64,000 nt of DNA from NCBI RefSeq assembly GCF_000150275.1, contig NW_002060946.1, positions 2,933,454-2,997,453 of the forward strand, in the 5' to 3' direction. The notes under the pieces are model-generated. The model was not told where the DNA came from, searched no databases, and saw only the letters and a list, made by a program, of their open reading frames with translations. Shown piece by piece: positions 39,701-50,199 of this stretch (position 1 is its first letter; each line of letters starts with the position of its first letter). The stretch comes from Trichoplax adhaerens. Lineage: Eukaryota > Animalia > Placozoa. Position numbers and translations under genes: made by a program.

Positions 39701-41967
39701 ACAATCACCATGCGATGCTATTAGAATAATGATAGGTAACGAATACTCTTCACATTGATTATCGAATTTAACAGGAATTTTATCGTGGCTACTGTGGCCA
39801 GCGATAATTGAAGTTAACCATTCCTGCATAGACTGTAAGTAAGTGATGTTGAGTGATTTTCCGCTTCTTGTCATGACCTTATCATTAATACCTTGAGTTA
39901 TATTGAATACAAGAAAGTAAATACTATTAGGAGACATGAATGGATAATGAGTCACCTGATAGAAAGCATGACCACCGAAATCCCATACTTTGACATATTG
40001 ATTATCATGATGTATATAGTTATCCACATTTTGCATAGACTTAAAATAATGTTGAAATATAGCTTGAACTTGATGTGAATGGAACTTAGATTGAGTTATA
40101 GTAATTCGAGGTGGTGTAAATTCTGTCATATTCCGACTAAGCTTGGCTATAGGACATTTATTTCGATCTTTGGTCGATATATTAACTGCTGTCGTTTGCC
40201 GGTTCATTTGCCCGCTTATATCTTCATGGTAATCTTTAGCCAACTCGACTAATTCCCAGATAACTGCCATGACTTTTTCATTAAATATGTCCGTGGGATG
40301 ACAAATGGTCATATCACGAATACGATAAGTTTTGATTTCGATGGCTTTGTTCGACTTCTGGAGAATTTGTGTTGGAGCTTGATTCTTAATTAATACTTGT
40401 TGAATACCGGTAAATACCTCCATAATGGATGATTTACCGACAAAACGAGGGCCAGTAAACATCCCTCGTATCAAATTATTATAGCAGCGCCCTTGATTTA
40501 ATGCTCTAATGTAGGCATTATAGTAAATCTTCCCTTTTAAAGCTGTACGAAATTGAAATAGAGAGTGGAATGATTAGACTAAGAATTTTGTAAATATTTA
40601 AATTGTAGAACTAATTTACTATGATCTTGACTTTATTGTCTGATGTTACCTTGACTAAAATCGTTATTGCCACTTGATTTTGTTGACGAATTACTATTGC
40701 TTTGTTGAACTGTTTGTTGTGGATTTTTAACAGGTTTGCCAGTTAACATCGATTGCTTTCGTTGAAAAGTGTTGGTTATATTATGTTTCGTAAGAACGAC
40801 ACTAGGATGATTGTCATCAAGAATTGATAATCGAATTTGAAGAGATTTATCATACATAGAAAGAGCCTCATCGTACTTGCCTTGACTATCATATACATCC
40901 CCCATATGGCTATACGATGTAGCAACATCAGGATGATTATGACCATGGATTGTCGATCGAATATTTAGTGACATACCATGCATACAAAGAGCCTTTTCAT
41001 ATTCACTTTGATTTCCATAAACAATTGCTAAATTACTATAGGAGTCCGCAATATGGGGATGATAGGGACCAACGACTGACAACAGAATTCTGAGCGACTT
41101 ATCATACATAGTAAAAGCTTTATCATACTTACCTTGATTATAATATACAGTTCCCAGGTTATTATATAACTCCGCAGCATGAGGATGATTATGGCCAAGA
41201 ACTGGCGAATGAGTTTCGAGTGGACTGTTTGGCACAGAGGGAACTTTATCATGTATACCTTGATTTGTACGGGCTTCTCTGCTGTTGTTAGATGAATGAG
41301 AAATCTTAGAGTGATTGCGGCTAAGAAGTGACAATTTAATTTTGAGTGATTTAACGGAAAGAGTTTCATCAAGCTTATTTTGATTTCTATCAAGTTCTCT
41401 GATGTGGGTATCCGACTTAGCAATATCAAAATGATCGCGGCCAAAGACTGACATTCGAATTTTGAGCGACTCATAATGCATAGAACGAGCCTCATTACAC
41501 TTGCCTCCTTCATCATAGATACGTCCAACCTGCTCATATCCATTGGCAATATGTAAATTATGTATGCCGCTTTTTAATTTTATTTCCAAGGATTTCTGGC
41601 TATCTTCCATTGCTCCATCCAAATCACCTTGCAGTATTTTAATTTCAGCTCGTCTGTATAAACATCGAGCTATCCTGACTTCATCTTGCAACTTATTAGC
41701 CAACTGATATGATTTCTCAACCAATTCTTTGGCTTTTATTAATTCATATTGTTCCGTATAAATGTAACAAATGTCGATATATATGTCGCATTGAAGGCCA
41801 TCAATGTTAGCAGAAATATCGTCCATCAAGCCAATCTTATCTATTATTTGTGAATAACAAGATAGCGCTTTCTCAAAGTTATAGGCAAGCATCTCTTTCC
41901 GACCCTTTTCAAATAGAGATTGCAAGTGATGACAGCTAACAGACCTAAAATATTGATCAGCAGCCAT
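36773..41967 (-). CDS. ROCO-family protein: TPR repeats - ROC GTPase - COR - Cys4 motif - basic microexon repeats - Death domain
   Basis: Exon 41967-40650 (42-aa TPRs such as HPDVATSYSHMGDVYDSQGKYDEALSMYDKSLQIR). A phase-1 intron leads to exon 40542-38362 (P-loop GPRFVGKSS; G3 KVWDFGGHAFYQVTHYPFMSPNSIYFLVFNI; G4 IILIASHGD; COR MLMYLHDLGEVIF...VDWL, YFVPYLL; CKC...CEHC). Then 51-nt exons 38050-38000, 37885-37835 and 37719-37669, possible 22- and 11-nt exons, and a last exon ~37035-36773 (IAEFIGTDWTRLAARL...IAFLQIWRRQHKNATTKELLDAFQDLRRKDIISKIE, Death-domain pattern). Confidence 0.88.
37565..38095. repeat. Tandem ~165-bp exon+intron duplication (3 full copies plus a partial intronic copy)
   Basis: Near-identical units, each containing an acceptor, a 51-nt exon and a GTAAAG donor on the minus strand. 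Confidence 0.93.
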
Positions 41968-43279
41968 TTTTTACGGTTTAAACAACAATCGCTCCAAGGA
42001 ATATTTCGCAGGCTAGAGTATTTGTAATACTAAAATTGAAAATCAGTTATTAGTGGCAAGAAAAATGCGCGTAAGTTAGGAGAACTAAAATTATAATTTG
42101 TTCTAGATTGCGACCACTTGCCTATAATCAAGTTAGTTTTATTAATGAAAAAAATTATCCTACGTTTACGTTAGTAAAAATTGTATGACATAAAATACAT
42201 TAGTAGTTACAAACCTCGTTTAAGATAAAGTACAAGCTGAGAATTAGTAATATCAACCAACTCTACCAAAAACTCAACTAAATTAGTAAGGCAAATTAGA
42301 ACTATAAAGTATATTACAGCTTATATAAATAAACATAGATGGCCAATTTCAACGTCTACTTTTAAGTCAATCCAAGTTTAATATTAGCTACAATAGATAA
42401 TATGCAACACAAATCAGAAAATAGGAGACAAAATGTACCTTATATATCCAATAGTTAGAACACCGTTATAAATTCAGCACGAGGAAGACACTGAAAAGCT
42501 TTTATTTTAATTTTGAGTGTAGATAGAGTATTAGATTAGTAAGCTACGTTGTTTACGGAGTTTAGAAAGTGTGTTAGATTAGTAAATGACGTTATATACC
42601 ATCGATATTCTATTATAAACAATTTTAACGTATCTAGTTGTATAGAAACGCCTACGATGATCGACAAAAAGATTATATCACGTGAATTTATCGCTTTGAG
42701 CGCATCATTCATTACCAGTGCCATACATCTATACGCTTAGAAACTTCTGCCCGCCACCCGTTGGCCATACCCCTGCGTCCCTTTCGGGTTTCGTTATTAT
42801 GTGATAGGAAGATCAAAGGAATAATTCATGCAATTGTTAACAATATCCATTTACCGTTATGTCATTAAAAAGATTTATGGGATAATAATTTGTAACTAGG
42901 AGACTAGAATCTATAGTAGTTATTTGGCTTTCATAGGATACAACAAAGTACTCTGCTGACGTAGGATAGTTACTCCGCAAGTTGCGGGTATCATACAGAA
43001 TGTGATACTAAAATTATTCTAACTAAAACTATAAATAGATTAGGTACTATCTATAAATAATTCAATTATCAATATACTCTTTCGAAATTATCGCAGATTA
43101 AAATGACAATTAACTGGTTGCACTATTGTTCTACTTTACAAAGATTATAACGCAGTTTTGAATGGCTTACATTTGGTTATGATGCAATACTTAGTGTAAA
43201 GATTACATGCATTTACTGATGGTAATCACGGATGTTTAAATACAACATAGTATTAAAGTTACGCTCATAACACTTTGCA

Positions 43280-43990
43280 ACAGTAAAGTCCTTGATGAGC
43301 GTGATATTTTACGTCCTTTGTCCTTATTGTTTCCTTGTGCTACCATTTCGTGACCATAATGATTGCTACAACGACAACTGATTGTTAACGTTGGTATCTT
43401 TGTATGCATATTTACGTTCCGACATTATGTAGCCGTTTCCAAATCAGTTCTGCTAACTCTAAGAGTATACATCACACAAAGAATAGATTTTATTACTGAC
43501 TCTCTAACGATTGAGTTACTACGTGATGGTAACAATGCGCTCGCAAAGACAAGGAAAAACTCTTAAAACCGCAGATCTTAGAAAGACTATAAATGAACAA
43601 TAACGATAGAGAAATGAATACGTTACCTAATTTGTTTACAAGATAAAGAGATGGCGAAGAAGATCACTTCACGTTTATAGAACTTAGCATGAGAACGAAA
43701 TTCTATACTTAGCATCACATTCTATAAAGCTGAAAGCAATATACTTGAATCATCGCTAGCATTACTCATATGCGTATACCTATTACTATCAACAGCTTCA
43801 AACTTTATATTATAGCATGGACTACCAAAAACTTTACTGGACAAGGCACCTTTTGGTACGTTGCCCCAAAGATGGCCGATGATACAGTATAAATTACAGC
43901 ACATTTGGTACTGTACAATATTGATTAGTATGAAAATGGTGAATCCATTTATGGATTGTAACATAATAAAAAATTTTAAATCTATTAAAT
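43280..43990 (+). pseudogene. Decayed rhodopsin-class GPCR relic
   Basis: Broken frames give VGIFVCIFTFRHYVAVSKS (TM3 xRY-V-A-V-like) and, ~520 nt later, TILISMKMVNPFMDC...NFK (TM7 NPxxY/helix-8-like); many stops. Confidence 0.4.
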
Positions 43991-44294
43991 ATTTGGAAAG
44001 TGATACGCTTAAAAATGTTATTTTTTGTGTACTTTACTCCTTATATGATATATTAAGCTTAAGGCCTAATAAAATGTTTTAGCTTATTTCATAGAATTTA
44101 AAAAGTTGATTTTAAATTGGTTTTTTGATGTAAAAATTCTAAGTCTTATTTAATACTGAGTACTATACACTCTTTCCATGAGCACACTTATAGCCATACC
44201 ATACCTTGTATATCTACAGTATTAAGAATACCTTGCTTCGTTCGTTTGATATAGCTCGGTCGATTTATAATACGATCGATCAAACTGTATCAGG

Positions 44295-44870
44295 ATATTA
44301 CTTAAAATTAAATTGTCAGTTCTTGATCACAATCATCCAGAGGTCGCTGCATCATATAACAATCTAGCAATTGTATATAATAATCAAGGCAAACATGAAA
44401 AAGCTATTTCTATGTATGAGAAATCGCTCAAAATTGGATTGTTAGTCTCTAATCACAATCATCCGGATATTGCTACATCATATAACAATATTGAAAATGT
44501 ATATATTAGCCAAGGCAAGTATGAATAGGCCATTTCTATGTATGAGAAGTCACTCAAAACTAGATTGGTAGCCTTTGGTCACAACCACCCCAATGTTACC
44601 AAATCGTATAACAATCCAGGAAGTGGATATTTTAATCAAGGCAAATATGAAGAAGCTATTTCCACGTATACAAGTCAATCGAAATTCAATCAGTCTTTGA
44701 TCATAATCATCTCAATATTGCTGTATCATATCGCAACATAGGAGTTGCATTTTATAAGCAGGGTAAGCATGAAGAGGCCATTCATTCAAAAATTTATTAT
44801 TAGTCTTTGTTCATAATCATCCCGAAATCGCTAAACCATATAACAATCTAGGAAATGTGTATGATAATTA
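44295..44870 (+). pseudogene. TPR-repeat pseudogene fragment (~4.5 repeats of 126 nt)
   Basis: HNHPEVAASYNNLAIVYNNQGKHEKAISMYEKSLKI-type repeats with an in-frame TAG at 44526-44528 and later frameshifts; no ATG-initiated full ORF. Confidence 0.85.
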
Positions 44871-47019
44871 TTATAATAAAATGTAATTAGCCGACGTACC
44901 AATATAAACTATGTCGATATTACCGTATAATCTAGAGTAAAATTGTTATACATGTCAAATTTGTCTTTAATTGTTATTTTATTTCTCGCATATAAGGCAA
45001 TAAAATAAGTAACGATTTTAAATAGTCATTAAAAGACGATTTCTACGTACCAGTATTTGAATACTTGCAAATTAATCCAAGTTGAAATAAGTTATGGAGT
45101 CATCAATTTTGAACTTGATTAAGCCTTGTTTAAGGTTAAGATAATTCGAAACTTGATACGTAGTTATTTCTGTCATATTAAAAATTTCAAAATGAAACCA
45201 TTTAAATCTAATTCTAACGTACATAGAATTCATAAAAATTATTGCTACAGATATAAGGCTTTTACAATCATTCAAGAATTAATTTTTTAATATCGATTTG
45301 TTTGAAGTTGACTATAATATAACCTTCTTGGTTGATAGTAACAGTAAATTTTACTTAGTATCTAAGTATACGAGTTTTGTAAACCCGACTGCATTATTTG
45401 GGTTAGAATTTAAGATAATCCGTAGCATAGTTTTTATTAAGAATCAGATGCAGTGAGTTTGTAATTCAGGTGATATGTTTAGTTAATAGATTACACATGT
45501 GCTAATTTTGATCATTAAGTACAGTAGAAGTTAATATTACTTTGTACTTGCATACGGTATGAACTCAGACATTTGATTTGGGTTCTGATTTAAGATTAAT
45601 ATTTTGTCTTAGTGTATACTGTAGAAAAGTACAGTTTCAAGTTAAACTGTACCTGTGTCAATTTAATAGTTTTCGGGAATCTAAGGTATAATTTATCTTA
45701 TCATGTGTACTTGATTGCTAGTTTAATTGGAGTACTTTAGAATGATAGTTGGATAGTCTAATACCAACAACTGTTCTGCGTAGTGTATAAAAGGTGACGT
45801 AGTTCGATACTTTAGTGCAGTTGAAGTTAAAGAAGACAAGAAAAGTCTAGAATAATCGTGAGTTATCTCATTAATTGATAGTTTGGTTGCTTGAGGCAGT
45901 AGTTCTGCCTGTATTTTGTTACTTATTTAAGTAATTTTGCTAAGATTGTTGCCAAATTATAATAAATTGGTGTTTTCCTCGAATTTATTTTGCTTGGACT
46001 TTAATTGTTGGCGGTTTAATTTAATTTAGTAAATTTTTAGTTGTCCAACCTTACTTATACATTGCAGTAAATTTTTACTATTATGTAGAGTTACTTCCTC
46101 TAATAAATGGTAATCAAACAAATAACTTGAACAATTCTCATATAATCTTATAACTTTGGTCTTAAGTAAATTTTAGGGATACTCTACTCAATCTTATTAA
46201 TTTTTCTACATTTGTAGCATTATACACGTGTCTGGGCTATAATGTCATCAGCTTTACCGATGAAATAGCTTTTATTTAGGTTCAGATTTTGGATTTATCC
46301 TGAGAGTGATAATGTTTTAAAATTTTACAAATAGTAAATGGCACCCTTCTAAAAATAAGTAATCATTCGATATCCTAGAATATTTACCGCTAATGCTGTG
46401 GACACTGGTATCGTCAAAAGTAAATATCTTTATGATATGGGCGTGAACTTAATTCTAATTCTTTAATAACACACTTGGATTCATTTAGTCTTTATTAATA
46501 CTCTAAATAAGATGCAAATATATACAGTATCATTGGAGATTTTTACGTTTTGCGTTCAAGGGCGTGGAAGCCTGGCACGTTGTATAATACTGCGATAATT
46601 ATCATCGATAGATATTTATACGACGCAATTAAGATTTCCGCTTCGATAGTACTAAAATCATAGCTATGCAAAATCATAACATAAATAGCTGTGTTGTTTT
46701 ATCCAATTACTCGATGTTCAACGTAGCTTGCTTAAATGACCGTTCGGCGAGTAAATTTAATCATTCCAGATTTCAAGCGCGTAATAACGCGAATTAAAAT
46801 ATTAGCAGCAAATACGGTATGAACTTATTCATACGTTGTGCTCAACTAACCATCGCAAAAAATACAATAATAGCGGTTGTACTATGATGTCTGATACAAT
46901 ATTTTAAAATCTATTTATGTTTCATCATGAAAAGGACTACGATAGCCTTACTATTTCAATTTTAAAGATATACCGGCAAGTAGCACCTAAATATTGGATG
47001 ATGGATATCATGATTACAT

Positions 47020-47215
47020 TTACTACATGGTCTGTTCAGGGTTTACTAGCGGTAACAGCGATGAGCTGAGAGAAAATATCTGTGGTTGCGTTTATATTTG
47101 ATCCCCGTTTAATTATTTTAATATCCGAAGATTACCCGCTTTCTGAATACCCAACACCGTAAGGGGTTGGGCATCTTCACGGATAAAGGTCACCAATTCA
47201 GACAGGTCATGCAAC
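47020..47215 (+). ncRNA. Candidate ~190-nt structured RNA or element of unknown class
   Basis: Closing helix CATGGTCTGT (47026-47035)/ACAGGTCATG (47202-47211) with tandem G-U pairs; inner helices ATCCG-AAGAT/ATCTT-CA-CGGAT and CCCAAC-ACC-GTAA-GGG-GTTGGG (GNRA loop). Confidence 0.3.
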
Positions 47216-47927
47216 GACTTAAATGATTAATTATTATTAACTACAACAACTTATATTGTTAATTAATAAATTTCCAATAAATATCACACAATAACATTTT
47301 AATCTAGTAACTCCGCTATATCAGACGTAGCAATTAGCATAATCGAGTATGTGTATACAGCTTTGTCTATTTCCTACAAACAAAAGCGAATAGGTAGACA
47401 CATACGCATGGTAGTACTGGTATAATTTTGTAGTGTAATTAGCCGCTAATTTAGCGAAGAAAAGTGAAATTGGGCAATGACATATTCTTATTTATGGCGA
47501 TCACTATAAATTAGTATATTTTCATGATATTACTTTTGTAATTTTCATCAAATCCTTACAAAATTCGATATGGCAGAAAATCCAGTGAAAGCTAATTTTT
47601 AAATATTTATTTTTTTTAGCAGCAAGATAACTTCTATTGTTAATTGGCCTTATAGATATGATCATTAATCGGTATTCTTCAGGATTGACGTAAGTATAAG
47701 TTGAAAGTTGATTATTAACATTTAATAATTGTTCCTAAATTTACATCATTCTTTTCTTAAATTTTACCTTTCCCTATATTATTAGGACGAAACGTAGATT
47801 GATATGTTTATGTAATGTATCTCACAAACATCTAGGCGTAATTTCGATCGTAATGATGCAGAACTATTATTATTTGTCAACGCAATCGAATATATATATA
47901 TGTTAGGTATACGCGTATACTCTTAAA

Positions 47928-48965
47928 TCAGAGTCTGGGAGAGGACATATGCGTATTGGTAGGTCCAGTAGAAGTGACAGGAACTAAACGATGGTTTCTG
48001 CCACTGTTGTGAAAGGGTTGAAATTTTCTAATTAGAACCAACGATCTGTTCCTTACACTTAAATCAAACTTCAAATATATAAATGGATTGAGAATAACGA
48101 TTGATGTTGTTATTGTTACGCTAAAAAATGAAAATAAAAAGTAGACAATATTACTGTTACGTATCATCAGCGTTGATTGCCGAGTAACCGCCATGCCTAA
48201 AATTGTAGCAAAGTATGGCCAACTAATCATCACATAAGACACGGATATCCAAGTTAACATTTTCATAAATCGTTTCTTTTTAATTTGTTCAGCTATGAGT
48301 TGCTTCCTAATACTTTCTCCTGGTCGTTGATATGATTTTTGAAAGGATATAATACGACTATAGATTATTATCATTAGTATAGTTGGGATGATAAATAATA
48401 CAGTCGCATCAGCTATCAAGTAGACTGAAACTGATGTAGTAATATTTGGGATATCACAGAGTAAATAATCACTATGGTGAACGGCAACATAGTCAAAGAT
48501 GGGAGCATTAGTAGCCACAGCACTAATCCATATTGCTATTTCGCCTAATACAAGCACGTAAATCTTATAGTTACGATAAAACGATGATAGTGGCTTAACA
48601 ATGATAAAATAGCGATCGATACCAATTAAGCATAAATTCATCATGGAAACTCCAAATGACGAGAATAGAAAAAATAATACCATACGACACATGAATGTAC
48701 CTCCGTCATAATCCAGATTGCGTATAACGATTTGGATATAGCCAGCTAACGATGCCATTGTCGATATAATGTCAGATATAACCGAAATACACATTAACTT
48801 GTATGTCGTCTTCTGAAAATGCTTATCAAACAGAAATAGATATAGAATAAACAAGTTGATGATAAGTCCAAACGTAAAGATTGGAATACCAACTACAGCA
48901 GCATATCGATATATTTGTGCCGCTAATTCCAATCTAAAATTATTATTGCGTGAGGTATTAGTCAT
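47928..48965 (-). CDS. Intronless rhodopsin-class (class A) GPCR, orphan
   Basis: Seven hydrophobic segments, GLIIN (TM1), ISDI (TM2), C...IGIDRYF (TM3), FIIP (TM5), ISWPY (TM6), LNPFIY (TM7), N-terminal NTS sequon. First ATG at 48965; the track's 48971 start is TTG. Confidence 0.93.
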   Translation of the reverse strand: MTNTSRNNNFRLELAAQIYRYAAVVGIPIFTFGLIINLFILYLFLFDKHFQKTTYKLMCISVISDIISTMASLAGYIQIVIRNLDYDGGTFMCRMVLFFLFSSFGVSMMNLCLIGIDRYFIIVKPLSSFYRNYKIYVLVLGEIAIWISAVATNAPIFDYVAVHHSDYLLCDIPNITTSVSVYLIADATVLFIIPTILMIIIYSRIISFQKSYQRPGESIRKQLIAEQIKKKRFMKMLTWISVSYVMISWPYFATILGMAVTRQSTLMIRNSNIVYFLFSFFSVTITTSIVILNPFIYLKFDLSVRNRSLVLIRKFQPFHNSGRNHRLVPVTSTGPTNTHMSSPRL

Positions 48966-50199
48966 ACTCAAATGATCTATCAGGGTTGAATGGTTTCGTT
49001 GATAGCCAAAAAGAAATGTAGAACCATCATGGATTTAAGCATAGTGCCACCAAATGTTGACTTATTCATCATGGTCGATTAATGTTGCCAGGCAATTAAA
49101 TAGAAATTCATCACTAAATGGTAATTGATATGTAGTTAGTAACCTGTTACGGTGCTACCTTATCATTTGGATAGCTTAATAGTACAGTAGTAGCTAATAT
49201 AGAAAATATTTATAATTGTAGTGCTCGGTAAGATAAGTAATGTCTTAGTGCCGGTATAATTAGTGATAATTTATTATAAATCTGATATTGATTGTTATTG
49301 TGTGTAGAAAGTAGTAAGGTGATTCAAGTTCTAGCTTATGATAGTTAACTAAACTGCAACCATGTTTAGCTTATGATTATTTATGAGCAATAGGTTGAAA
49401 GTATCTACCGATGGAAAAGTTATGTAATTAATATTTCAGTTTGAGATGTCTTTCCTAATAAGCAATAATAGTAATGTTATTGTGGTTTACAAGTTAGACG
49501 TTTCCTATATAAAACGGAAATATTTTGAGTGGGAAATGATATGAAAAGTCGTGAATAAGTCAATGCTGATATAGATTGTATCTTTACGGTACTTTGCGGC
49601 GTATATTTAACGTTTAAGTCAGTAGTTTACTTATCGACTTTTACTTTACCTTCCCTTGCCACAGTGTTAATTTGTGACATAACTGCTTTTCACAAAGGAA
49701 ATTTTTATTATGATATTCTTTTAAATTACTTCAGCCTGTCTAGAGGTTATTTCTGCTAAGTATAACAACTAATAATGCTAACCTTTAATTAACGAACAAC
49801 ATTTTTACTGACCATATTTTTCGTGGATGACTGGATTGCAAAATTTAAGCAGAAATCTATCATTAAATAATGTACAACGATCAATGCTGATAAAATTATA
49901 TTAGAAAGCTTCAATTTTAACTCATTTGAAATAATTGAAAAGCAAGAAGTTATAGCTAACAGTGATCGAACGGTTGTTCACAATTTTACTCCATATATTT
50001 CCAATGTAACATTTTAAGTCATCATTCAGTACAACTCTAAAAGTAATAGATTTACAATTTAACTGATATTACACACCGAATAGTAATTACTGCCATTAAG
50101 TTGGTACATATAATAATTGCATATTACTAACTTACTGACTTAGATCTTACTAAAATAATAATAGCTTTTTCTTTTTAAATGAAAAGATAATCTTATTTC

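Noticed and set aside
41028-41549. 173-aa alternative-frame ORF overlapping the TPR exon
   Set aside because: Shadow frame of repetitive coding sequence; no independent evidence.
45780-45865. TATAAAAGG followed by a GTGAGT donor, possibly a promoter or first exon
   Set aside because: No downstream coding exon or LTR partner could be identified.
47020-47215. RNase P/MRP, U12, hammerhead, twister or telomerase RNA identity
   Set aside because: Only isolated short motif matches; no CR-I, Sm site, CUGANGA/GAAA core, twister L4 or TTAGGG template.
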